This document shows, in pieces, positions 55,620-64,000 of a stretch of 64,000 bases of DNA. Both the position numbers and the translations under genes were made by a program. How positions within the stretch are numbered: the first letter of the stretch is position 1; each line of letters begins with the position of its first letter. A model generated the notes under the pieces. The model worked only from the letters and a program-made list of their open reading frames with translations. It searched no databases and was not told where the DNA came from. This stretch comes from a bacterium (GTDB lineage: Bacteria; Patescibacteriota; Doudnabacteria; UBA920): assembly GCA_021825655.1 (NCBI GenBank), contig JAKAGU010000002.1, forward strand, positions 13,129 through 77,128, given 5' to 3'.

Positions 55620-56645
55620 TTATAATTTTGAACCCACTAAGACGACTTCTTCCACCAGGCGGTTGGAGTAGCCGAACTCGTTGTCATACCAAGCCACCAC
55701 TTTTACAAAATTGCCGCCCACCACTTGGGTTAAAGACAGGTCGATAATGCAGGAAGCGGCCTCGCCCACAATATCCGATAGCACCAAAGGCTCGCTGGAA
55801 ACTTCCAAAATCCCCTGGAAGCGTTTCTGCTTGGCTGCATCCGCAAACAACTGATTAACTTCTTCCCGGGTCACGTTGCGTGCCAAAAGCAGGGTGAAGT
55901 CGGACAGACTGCCCACTAAAGTGGGCACGCGGAAAGCCACGCCGTCAAATTTGCCTTTCAGTTCGGGAATGGCTTGGGTGGCGGAAATAGCCGCCCCCGT
56001 AGTGGTCGGAATCACGTTGGCCGCCGCGGCCCGCGCCCGGCGCAGATCATTGGATTTGCCGCCCGGAGGGGGCCCGTCGACTAAATTCTGTTCAGCAGTA
56101 TAGCTGTGGATGGTAGACATAAAAGCTTTTTCAATGCCAATCCTTTCCTGCAGTACAGCCAGCACTGGGGCAATACAATTAGTGGTGCAGGAGGCATTGC
56201 TGATAATCGGCTGGTCCTTGTAAATATCGTTGTTTACGCCCAGCACAATGGTCGGTGTCACCCCTTCGTCCTTGGCTGGCGCGCTGATTACCACGCGCTT
56301 GGCTCCCGCCTTTAAGTGGGCCGCAGCTTTTTCACTGTCCGTAAAACGGCCCGTGGACTCAATCACCACGTCAACCTGCAGCTTTGCCCAGGGCAGGACT
56401 GCGGGATCCTTTTCCGCATACACAGGATACTCCCGGCCCTCCACCACCACGGCCTTGTCGTTAAAGCTGATTTTGCCGGGGTAACGCCCGTAAGCGCTGT
56501 CGTATTTGAGCAAGTGAGCCAACACCTGCGTGCTGGTCAAATCGTTAATTGCCACAACCTCCAGCTCTTCTTTTTCCAAAGCTAGCTTGAACGCCTGGCG
56601 GCCAATGCGGCCAAAACCGTTAATTGCAACCTTAATTTTTGACAT
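55620..56645 (-). CDS. gap: Type I glyceraldehyde-3-phosphate dehydrogenase
   Basis: VAINGFGRIGR, ESTG.F, SNASCTTNC, RVPT, WYDNEFGYSNR. Confidence 0.97.
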   Translation of the reverse strand: MSKIKVAINGFGRIGRQAFKLALEKEELEVVAINDLTSTQVLAHLLKYDSAYGRYPGKISFNDKAVVVEGREYPVYAEKDPAVLPWAKLQVDVVIESTGRFTDSEKAAAHLKAGAKRVVISAPAKDEGVTPTIVLGVNNDIYKDQPIISNASCTTNCIAPVLAVLQERIGIEKAFMSTIHSYTAEQNLVDGPPPGGKSNDLRRARAAAANVIPTTTGAAISATQAIPELKGKFDGVAFRVPTLVGSLSDFTLLLARNVTREEVNQLFADAAKQKRFQGILEVSSEPLVLSDIVGEAASCIIDLSLTQVVGGNFVKVVAWYDNEFGYSNRLVEEVVLVGSKL

Positions 56646-56685
56646 GGGTGGGTTTAAGTTAATTTTTTCCTTGTATTCAAAGTTT

Positions 56686-57693
56686 TTAAATTTCGCGGGC
56701 CAGCCGGGCCACCAGCTTCTCCTTCTGGCTGTCCGTGATTGCAACAGGCTGGAAGCTTTTGTGTGTTTTCAGCCGGCTTTGCAATTCCGCCTTAGTGAGC
56801 AGCCCGGCCTGCGGCCCAATCTGCCCGACTACGCTCGCCGCGTTCACCGGACCCCAGCGCAAAGCTTCCGCATGAGGCAAACCGTAAACCAAAGCCGCTA
56901 TATACGCTGTAGTGAAAGAGTCCCCGGCGCCGGTCGCCTCCAGTCTTTTTCCGGGGAACTTTTGAGTAAAATAAAAACCTTCGCTGCTATAACTGTACGC
57001 CCCCCTTGGCCCATCCGTCACCGTGACTGCTTTGGGCCCCAAAGCCACCAGCCGCCGGCATAACTCCTTAACACTGTCCGCCTTGCCAACCCAGCCTTCG
57101 GCCTCTTCCATATTTAAAGAAAGCAGGTCGGTTTTTTCCAAAACTTTGCGGTTGGCTTTCGGCCCCGCGAGCAGCTGGTACGTGCCCGGATTAAAAGCCA
57201 GGCGCACGTCGTACTTTTCCAGATACCTGACCAAGTCTTTATAAATTTTTTCAAACCCCTTGCCCATGCTGGTCAAATACACCCAGCGGGCGGGTAAAAA
57301 ATTAGGTAGCTTGTAGTGCCGGTGCTCATGGTACACATAAATCGTGCGTTCTCCCTCGTGGCATAAAACCATGGAAGCATTGGTTCCGTGCCGGTCGTTT
57401 TTCTCTATGTAGCGCGTTGAAACGCCTTCTTTCTGCATTTTATGCAGGACTTCGCGCCCGCCCATGTCGTGGGCAAAAACCGTATAAAAAGCTGTTTTCA
57501 AACCCAGCCGCGAACTGCCGACCGCATGGTTGGCTGCATTGCCCGCCACGGATTTATACAGCTTGTCTACAGGCAGCTTGTCGCCCCAATTAATTACCGC
57601 TTTTTGCTCCCCGCCCATTTCGCGGATTTCCAAATCTTTAATAAACAAAAAAGTATCAATGGTGGCGTCGCCGATGGAAATAATGTCAAACAT
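56686..57693 (-). CDS. PfkB-family carbohydrate kinase within the glycolytic operon
   Basis: IGDATIDTF, GNAANHAVG.SRLG, FNPG..QL, N.EEA, ATGAGDSF. Confidence 0.9.
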   Translation of the reverse strand: MFDIISIGDATIDTFLFIKDLEIREMGGEQKAVINWGDKLPVDKLYKSVAGNAANHAVGSSRLGLKTAFYTVFAHDMGGREVLHKMQKEGVSTRYIEKNDRHGTNASMVLCHEGERTIYVYHEHRHYKLPNFLPARWVYLTSMGKGFEKIYKDLVRYLEKYDVRLAFNPGTYQLLAGPKANRKVLEKTDLLSLNMEEAEGWVGKADSVKELCRRLVALGPKAVTVTDGPRGAYSYSSEGFYFTQKFPGKRLEATGAGDSFTTAYIAALVYGLPHAEALRWGPVNAASVVGQIGPQAGLLTKAELQSRLKTHKSFQPVAITDSQKEKLVARLAREI

Positions 57694-60220
57694 GCACAGC
57701 TCCTTTCTTCTCCCCTTCCAAAAATTCCACAATCCGGCTGCGGTGGCGCTGGTACGCATACGACACGGAGAGTAAAATGACGCCCAACACGATGAACGAA
57801 ACAATGCGGTAGCCGGTTTCCAGGGCCAGAGCATCAAACAAAAACACCTTTAAGATGCTTGCCCCAAACAATACCAAGGCCACTTTGCGGAACAGCGGAC
57901 TCTGGGCAACAGCCCCGATGATAATTAAAACAACGGCATAGGCAATCCACCACAGGCTCATCAGCAGGTTCCGGGTATTCCCGTCTTCTGGCCGGGCAAA
58001 GTACCTGACAAGCTCCCAGGAAAAAGCAAACCACAGCAGCAGGCTGGCTGTCACCTTCATAAAATCACCGGCTTTTTCCTTCCCTGCCTCGTCCGGCAAA
58101 AAACGTACCATGGCCAAAAGTGCCAGGGCTTCCAGCAGCATCAGGCCGAATTTGGCGTTTAAAATGAATACATAGTCATCTGCGCTGTAACCCAAAAACA
58201 CCACGCGGAAAAAACCCAATACCAGCAGACCCAAAGCAATACGGGCAAGCAGGCGGCTTTGGGCCAGGCGGGCAAAATAAATCAGCAGCACGGGATAAAT
58301 CGCCCACCATAAGGCCACGCGCGAGTCTTGGCCGATGCCGGTAAAAGCGTGAAAAACGTCCAAGGTAACAACCAGCCATAAAAATAACGCGCCAATTACA
58401 CCCAACACCTCACTGGCGTAAGCCGCGTATTTGTCAGTTTTTAAAACCCGGGACCAATAGGCCAGGACGAACAAAGCGGCCGTCTCCAAGACCATGAGGC
58501 CGAACTTAAAATTAAAGACAAAAGCAGCGCTTTCGGCCGGGTAGGGCACGCTCAGGCTCCTCAGCAGGGCAAAAGCGGTCAGTAACAGTCCAGCTTTGAT
58601 CAGACCGGGTTTCTTGGCAAGCGTACCCAATCCGCCGAGCAGAAACGGATATACAATCCACCAGAGAGCCAGGCCGTACTCCCCGTTGAGGCTGGGGAAG
58701 AAGTGGCTAATGTCCCAGGAAAGACCGGCCCAGAGCAAAAAGATGCCGATGAAATTGAAGGCCTGGTCTGTACGGCTTTCAAACAAAGTGCGATTTTGGG
58801 AACGGGAATAAAGCCAGGCAGCATAAAACAAAGCCGCAGCCTCCAGGGCCATGAGGCCGAACTTAAAATTAAAGACAAACAATTGCCCATAAGCCTCCGC
58901 ATAAGGCAAGGCCAAAATCAAAACCAGCGAATAAAGAAGCGTCAGGGTGCTCCACAGCCGCAGCTCCTTGCGCTTTAAGGCATAGGCCAGGCCCGCGCCT
59001 GCCCCACCGGCCAGCGCCACGGCCAAACACAGAGCCTCCCGGTCCCACTGCCAGCTGAACGCTGCCAAGAGCAAGGCCGCACCGGCAAAAGATAAACTAT
59101 AGTTAATCTCTTCGAACTCCAGCCTGTCAATCAAAGCGTAAGCCAAAAACGCAGCCAGGCTGGCAAACAGGCCCATACCCAAAAGCCAGGCATGATAGCC
59201 GCCTGCCAATAAATCCTGGATGTAAATCAAATACACAAAACCGGCCAGCAGCATAGCCAAACTGGTAAGTTTGGAAAACTTGTTGTCCAAAGTTTTAGCC
59301 AGGGCATGGCGGCGCAAAACCGCAGTCAGGCCCACAAAAAAAATCAAAACAAACACCATGAAAAAAATCACGGAAGGCACGGCATTAAGAGAAGAGGAAA
59401 ACTTAACAAACCAATAGGAAAAATCTATCCAGGTGGCGAACACGGCAAACAGAGCCAAGCCGGACCAATATTTTTTTGCCAAAATCGCCAGTACCGCCAA
59501 ATTTAAAATTGTGAGATACACGAGCAGTTGCATCTGCCGATTTTCGCCTGAACTTAAAGCCACAGGCGCCCCGTAAGCGCCCAGCAAGCCCAGAACCGCC
59601 AGGGCCAGGGACTGCCGGTAATACGCCAGCGCCACTGCGCACACGGATGCAAAAACCATCAAAGTCAAGGCCACAGACTGCGGGAATAGCCCATAAAAAT
59701 CGTAACCGGCAAAAATTGTAAAGTACCACAGAGCAACACCCCCGCCCATCATTACATTGGCGTATTTGGCGTATTTTTCCCGCCACAGCCAGCCCAAAAA
59801 TACAAAAAGCCCGCCCACGGCAAAACCCAGGGCAATCCTCATCCAGGGCGTAATCCAGTTCTGGTCAACCGCATACTTGAAAAACAGGCCCATACCCAAA
59901 AGCACAGCCACCACGCCGATCTTGTTCAGCCAATTGGTCGCAATTTCGGTTTCGTCCTTTGGCTGCCTTGGTGTTATGGGCGCAGCTTCGGGCAAGACCG
60001 CGCTGTCCCTTGGCTGTTCAGCCAAAACAGCCACAGCTGGGGGCGGGGGCGCAACCTCGGGCTGAGCCCACAAACTGGGCTTGGCATTGCCGGCCACTAG
60101 CGGAGGTTCGGCCGCGGCAGGTTTTTTACCTCCCTTCACCTGCTCCTCCAATCGGTTAATCCTCCTGCTGAGGCTTGCAACCCAGATGACAAAGATAAGG
60201 ATAATTACAAAAGTGAGCAT
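57686..60220 (-). CDS. DUF2339-family large membrane protein
   Basis: E..I...WLNKIG, FFKYA....WI.P..R, KVFLFD...L...YRIVSFIVLG.ILL. Confidence 0.85.
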   Translation of the reverse strand: MLTFVIILIFVIWVASLSRRINRLEEQVKGGKKPAAAEPPLVAGNAKPSLWAQPEVAPPPPAVAVLAEQPRDSAVLPEAAPITPRQPKDETEIATNWLNKIGVVAVLLGMGLFFKYAVDQNWITPWMRIALGFAVGGLFVFLGWLWREKYAKYANVMMGGGVALWYFTIFAGYDFYGLFPQSVALTLMVFASVCAVALAYYRQSLALAVLGLLGAYGAPVALSSGENRQMQLLVYLTILNLAVLAILAKKYWSGLALFAVFATWIDFSYWFVKFSSSLNAVPSVIFFMVFVLIFFVGLTAVLRRHALAKTLDNKFSKLTSLAMLLAGFVYLIYIQDLLAGGYHAWLLGMGLFASLAAFLAYALIDRLEFEEINYSLSFAGAALLLAAFSWQWDREALCLAVALAGGAGAGLAYALKRKELRLWSTLTLLYSLVLILALPYAEAYGQLFVFNFKFGLMALEAAALFYAAWLYSRSQNRTLFESRTDQAFNFIGIFLLWAGLSWDISHFFPSLNGEYGLALWWIVYPFLLGGLGTLAKKPGLIKAGLLLTAFALLRSLSVPYPAESAAFVFNFKFGLMVLETAALFVLAYWSRVLKTDKYAAYASEVLGVIGALFLWLVVTLDVFHAFTGIGQDSRVALWWAIYPVLLIYFARLAQSRLLARIALGLLVLGFFRVVFLGYSADDYVFILNAKFGLMLLEALALLAMVRFLPDEAGKEKAGDFMKVTASLLLWFAFSWELVRYFARPEDGNTRNLLMSLWWIAYAVVLIIIGAVAQSPLFRKVALVLFGASILKVFLFDALALETGYRIVSFIVLGVILLSVSYAYQRHRSRIVEFLEGEKKGAVHV

Positions 60221-60224
60221 ATTG

Positions 60225-60869
60225 TTATTTTATTTCTTGAAGCAATTGTTCGTATGCCGCCTGCAAATCTGACGCCTTCAGCAAAGCGGAGCCCGCTATG
60301 AGCAAGTCTGCGCCGCTTTTTGCCAGTCGTCCCGCATTGGCAGCAGACACGCCGCCGTCTACTTCTATTATAGCATTTGGCAGGAGCTTTCTGAGCTGGA
60401 TAACCCGCTCATAGGTATCCTCTAAAAATGCCTGGCCCTGGAAGCCCGGAACAATACCCATGAGCTGAAACTGCTCAACTTCTGGGTAAAACTCCTGGAG
60501 AACCGTAACCGGCGTTTCATTTTTCAGGCAAATGCCGGGCTTAAGGCCCGCGGCCTTGATATTGGCAAGACTCTGCCTTAATTCCGCAGCGTTAGGAAAA
60601 GCTTCGTAATGTACCAGGATTGTTTTAAAGCCCGAGAGCTGATAATCAAAAAAGTCTGTGGGTTCGCTTACCATCAAATGGGCCTCAAAGTGGAAAGCGG
60701 GGTTTAGGACTTCCATTTCAGTAACCGGCAGCATGGCGTTGGGCACAAAAATTCCATCGCCAAAATCTACCTGGATGCGTTCCACCCCGGGCAACTTGGT
60801 CAGGCGGGCCAGCTTGTCCACAAAGCCTTCCTTGGTTTTTTCCAAAATTGCAGGTACGATTTGGGCCAT
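60225..60869 (-). CDS. rpe: Ribulose-phosphate 3-epimerase
   Basis: IVPAIL, QVDFGDG.FVPN, EAHLMV, MG..PGFQGQ, EVDGGV, GSAL. Confidence 0.92.
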   Translation of the reverse strand: MAQIVPAILEKTKEGFVDKLARLTKLPGVERIQVDFGDGIFVPNAMLPVTEMEVLNPAFHFEAHLMVSEPTDFFDYQLSGFKTILVHYEAFPNAAELRQSLANIKAAGLKPGICLKNETPVTVLQEFYPEVEQFQLMGIVPGFQGQAFLEDTYERVIQLRKLLPNAIIEVDGGVSAANAGRLAKSGADLLIAGSALLKASDLQAAYEQLLQEIK

Positions 60870-60879
60870 AAATTAGAAC

Positions 60880-61329
60880 CTAAGAAGCGGTTTCCATTTT
60901 TTTTACTTTTGCCACCCTGCGCTTGTGCCTTGTTTCTTTGGAAAAAGGCGTGCTGATGAAAGTGTGCAGAATTTTTTCAGCTTGCCGGGGCGTAAGGTAG
61001 TCGCCGGCCAGGCACAGCACATTGGCAAAGTCGTCGTTTCGGGTGGAAAAAGCCAGGCGTTCATTCCAGGCGGAAACCGCGCGTACGCCTTTCACCTTGT
61101 TGGCTGCAACGCACATCCCCTGCCCGCTCCGGCATAACAGCACACCCACATCGCCGGCCGGGTGCGCCGCCACCTTTCCCGCCACTTTCCGCGCATAATC
61201 CGGATAGTCGTCAGCCGGATTAGCTTGGTATGGCCCAAGGTCCACAAAACTAATTTGGCGCGCTTCCAAATATTTTTTTATTTTTTCTTTAAGGGGAAAA
61301 CCCCCGTGGTCTGCGCCAAGATACAGCAT
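60880..61329 (-). CDS. rpiB: Ribose-5-phosphate isomerase B
   Basis: GADHGGF.LKE, DDYPDY, CRSGQGM..AANK..GVRA, NVLCL, RH.RRV.K. Confidence 0.94.
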   Translation of the reverse strand: MLYLGADHGGFPLKEKIKKYLEARQISFVDLGPYQANPADDYPDYARKVAGKVAAHPAGDVGVLLCRSGQGMCVAANKVKGVRAVSAWNERLAFSTRNDDFANVLCLAGDYLTPRQAEKILHTFISTPFSKETRHKRRVAKVKKMETAS

Positions 61330-61331
61330 AT

Positions 61332-62015
61332 TTACAGATTGATTATTTGATTAAAATATTTCGGAATTAGGCTGGCCCCGCCGGGCAGCAGCCCGTCGAT
61401 ATTCCGCTGGTCAAGAAAGCCCTTTGCGTTGTACGGGCTCACGCTGCCGCCGTAAAGCACCTTTCCTACGCCGAATTTGTGCTTAATAAAGATGGCCATC
61501 TTTTCAGCGTGTTCCGGAGTGGCATTTTTACCCGTGCCAATGGCCCAGACCGGCTCATACGCCACAATTACCTCAGCCGGTTCAAGGCCGGCAAGCCCGA
61601 GTTCCAGCTGAGTCTTTAACACATCGGTCACCTCCAGGTCATCCTGTTCCACTTTGGTGCCAAAACCCACGCACATTACCGGAGTTATACCCGCAGCCAA
61701 AAGCGCCCTGGCTTTGGCATTGACGATTTCGTCTGTTTCCCCCAGCTTGCGTTTTTCGCTGTGCCCCACCAGGCAATACTTCACCCTCAGCGATTTCAGC
61801 TGAACCGGAGAAACTTGCCCCGTAAAGGCACCCGCGGGCTCCCAAAAACAATCTTGGGCGCCAAGGCGGGGAAAAACCACGCCCGCCAAAAAAGCCGGCG
61901 GCGGGCAGATAACCGCCACATGCTTGGACTTGCGCGAAATTGCCGCAGCCAATTTCTTAGCGGCCGCAAGCGTGGCGGGGTGCAGTTTCCAATTACCAAT
62001 CACAAGTTTTTTCAT
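61332..62015 (-). CDS. tpiA: Triosephosphate isomerase
   Basis: GNWK, GAFTG, GHSE.R, AYEPVWAIGTG, YGGSV, GGAS. Confidence 0.95.
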   Translation of the reverse strand: MKKLVIGNWKLHPATLAAAKKLAAAISRKSKHVAVICPPPAFLAGVVFPRLGAQDCFWEPAGAFTGQVSPVQLKSLRVKYCLVGHSEKRKLGETDEIVNAKARALLAAGITPVMCVGFGTKVEQDDLEVTDVLKTQLELGLAGLEPAEVIVAYEPVWAIGTGKNATPEHAEKMAIFIKHKFGVGKVLYGGSVSPYNAKGFLDQRNIDGLLPGGASLIPKYFNQIINL

Positions 62016-63019
62016 GGGTTGTCTCCTCTTAAAAATTGCGCTGTGGTTTCCGGGGGTATGGGATTAATCGGGATGCCGGTCGCATACTCAAAGCCGGCCC
62101 AAATGGTCAGGCGAGGGAAAATAACCAAATGCCAGTGGTAGGCTTTCTCCTCCTGCACGCTGTGCCGGTGGTCGCTCTGCTGTTTCTTTAACGGCATGGT
62201 ATGGATGTAAAAGTTCAGCGGCGGATCGGAGAGCTTGGTATAGAGCTGGCCCAGCATCACTTTCAGGACAAAAGACAGATGCCTCAGCTCTTCTTTGGAA
62301 ATATCTTCGAACCGGGCACCGTGCTTTTTGGGCAAAATCCATGTCTCAAAGGGTTTGCGGGAAGCATAAGCCGAAAGCACCACAAAATGCTCGCTTTCGT
62401 AAACCACCCGGTCTTTGACTTCCAGCTCTTCTTTAATAATGTCGCAGTAAATACAAGTATGGTTGTGCTGGTAATAGTGGTAACAACCCATAATTTCGTC
62501 GTGCACGTGCGGCGGCACGATGGGCGTGGCAATCAGCTGGTAGTGGGGATGGATTAGAGAAGCTCCGGCCTCGCGCCCGTGATTGTGGAAAATCTGGACG
62601 TAAGCCAGTTCGGGGTGTCCGGTCAGCAGATTGATTCTCTCGATAAAAGTTTCCAGGCTCAGCTCTACCGTGGCAATGGACTGCAGGGCCACGGGTTCGT
62701 TATGCTTTCGGGTCACAATCACTTCGTGGTCGCCGTCGCCCGAATGGGATACATAAAAACCCTTGTGCCGGTAGAGCGCCGTATGTTCCAGGGCGGCAAA
62801 CTTATTGGGAATAATCCGGACCTCCCAATTCTTGCCGTAGGGAAAGCGGTAAAGCTCCGTATTCTGCGCTTCGTTACCCGGACAGAACACGCACTTATGG
62901 TCCAGCTCCGGCAAGCCTTCCATGACCGAGCGGGTCTTGTAATCCTCCGGCCGCTTAGCGCGGTTGGGCGCAATCAGCACCCAGTGTTTGCTTATGGGGT
63001 TTTGTCGGAATTCGCTCAT
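62012..63019 (-). CDS. galT: Galactose-1-phosphate uridylyltransferase family
   Basis: WV.IA..RAKRP, C.FCPGNE, NKF.AL, G.HEVI, GASL.HPH.Q, C..CD. Confidence 0.9.
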   Translation of the reverse strand: MSEFRQNPISKHWVLIAPNRAKRPEDYKTRSVMEGLPELDHKCVFCPGNEAQNTELYRFPYGKNWEVRIIPNKFAALEHTALYRHKGFYVSHSGDGDHEVIVTRKHNEPVALQSIATVELSLETFIERINLLTGHPELAYVQIFHNHGREAGASLIHPHYQLIATPIVPPHVHDEIMGCYHYYQHNHTCIYCDIIKEELEVKDRVVYESEHFVVLSAYASRKPFETWILPKKHGARFEDISKEELRHLSFVLKVMLGQLYTKLSDPPLNFYIHTMPLKKQQSDHRHSVQEEKAYHWHLVIFPRLTIWAGFEYATGIPINPIPPETTAQFLRGDNP

Positions 63020-63402
63020 TGCCTGTTTTTGTTTTTGTCCAAATAATTTTGCAGTAAAATCTGGGCGGCCAGACTGTCCAGATTTTTTTTGCCCCCGGAC
63101 AAATGCTGGGCCATGACCGAGGTCAGCCGTTCGTCAATCACATCCACGGTTACGCCCGTGATTTTTTCCAAATCATCGCTGAAATTTTTTACCTCCAGAG
63201 TTTTTTTGGTTTCCCGGCCCGCCATGTTTATCGGCCAGCCCACCACGATCTTTTCCACTTCTTGGTCCGCAACCAGCCGGCTAATTTTCTTCCAAAAATC
63301 CTTGGGCGACAATATATCCAGCTCCCTGGCAAAGGTTAACCCCTCGTCGCTGATTGCCAGGCCAATCCTTTTTTCACCATAATCAATACCTAAAATCTTC
63401 AT
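63016..63402 (-). CDS. ruvX: YqgF/RuvX nuclease
   Basis: ILGIDYGEKRIGLAISD, VVGWP, DERLTS, DSLAA..LLQ.YL. Confidence 0.93.
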   Translation of the reverse strand: MKILGIDYGEKRIGLAISDEGLTFARELDILSPKDFWKKISRLVADQEVEKIVVGWPINMAGRETKKTLEVKNFSDDLEKITGVTVDVIDERLTSVMAQHLSGGKKNLDSLAAQILLQNYLDKNKNRQ

Positions 63403-64000
63403 CTACTTGGCTTCTTCCAGGGTTACGTTTACCAGTTTTTCCGCGCCTTTGTGGTAAATTTTTAAAACCACGACATCGCCGACTTCCTTGTTTTTTAAAA
63501 GTCCGCTGAGCGTATTGCTGCCATCGACTTTTTGGCCATCCACTTCCAAAATAATGTCGTTCTCCATAATGCCGGCCTTATCGGCAGGACTGCCGGGGAC
63601 AACGGCGAAATCGGTCGTTTTGTCGCCCCTCACCACCAGGGCGCCGTACTCGCGCGGCAATTTTTCGCTCTGCGCCATGGCTTTGTCTATCATAACGTAC
63701 CGCACGCCCAAAAAAGGACGGACGATTTTCTTGTACTTTTCAAAACTGCCTAGGGCTCGAGCCGCATCACTTGCGGGGATGGCAAACCCCACCAGCTGGC
63801 CCTGCTGGTCAATGGCGGTATTAACCCCCACGACGTCTCCCGACAAATCTAAAAGCGGGCCGCCGCTGTTGCCGGGATTAATGGCCGCATCCGTCTGGAT
63901 TACGCCGTCCAACTGTTCACTGCTGTTGCCCGAACCCGCGGTAATACTCCGGCCCACGCCGGAAACAATCCCGCTGGTTACGGTGTTCTGGTACTGTCCG
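63403..64000 (-). CDS. HtrA/DegP-family protease, C-terminal part (5' end outside the window)
   Basis: [31 protein letters not shown] domain [14 protein letters not shown]. Confidence 0.92.
   Translation of the reverse strand, partial: GQYQNTVTSGIVSGVGRSITAGSGNSSEQLDGVIQTDAAINPGNSGGPLLDLSGDVVGVNTAIDQQGQLVGFAIPASDAARALGSFEKYKKIVRPFLGVRYVMIDKAMAQSEKLPREYGALVVRGDKTTDFAVVPGSPADKAGIMENDIILEVDGQKVDGSNTLSGLLKNKEVGDVVVLKIYHKGAEKLVNVTLEEAK

Noticed and set aside
133-63753. Numerous antisense and alternate-frame ORFs in the supplied track (e.g. 9749..10444, 30819..31487, 44009..44740, 52262..52954)
   Set aside because: They shadow well-supported genes and carry no recognisable motifs or initiation signals.

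Overview
Gene-dense, mostly minus-strand window from a small-genome bacterium. Gene content and order (minimal mraZ-rsmH-ftsL-ftsI block, compact glycolysis/pentose-phosphate run, archaeal-type PEP carboxylase, many short membrane/secreted hypotheticals, few Shine-Dalgarno sites) suggest a Patescibacteria/CPR (Parcubacteria-like) organism; this is an inference. Left to right: (1) 1-6000, a cluster of secreted proteins (a possible TasA/SipW-class precursor, a DUF916/WxL-partner-like anchor and two Cys-rich paralogs) separated by long, hairpin-packed non-coding RNAs; (2) SRPBCC, pyrD, NUDIX, HD, hisS, tRNA-Gly, ppcA; (3) an orphan gene behind what looks like a leaderless leader-peptide attenuator with a Met-Met-Met run; (4) pfkB-family kinase, type II glutamine synthetase, SemiSWEET, cupin, two Cro-like paralogs, GT2, DedA; (5) a secreted peptide made of five perfect 10-aa repeats; (6) an extracytosolic flavinylation module (RnfD-like/FNR fusion, ApbE, two FMN-binding proteins, SH3 protein, beta-propeller) with an OmpR-type two-component system and an identical 17-bp box at both promoters; (7) tRNA-Gln, a CruF-like protein and an ECF sigma/MacAB-type operon containing a sphingomyelin-synthase-like gene; (8) add, dcw genes, SpoU methylase, a GAF/PAS kinase module, dinB, mreB, rnhA, recJ; (9) gpmI-pgk-gap-pfkB-DUF2339-rpe-rpiB-tpiA-galT-ruvX-htrA, where PGK has a heavily rewritten 3-phosphoglycerate site. 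I saw no CRISPR array, rRNA, transposase or integrase. All family calls come from motif recognition by eye, not database searches.
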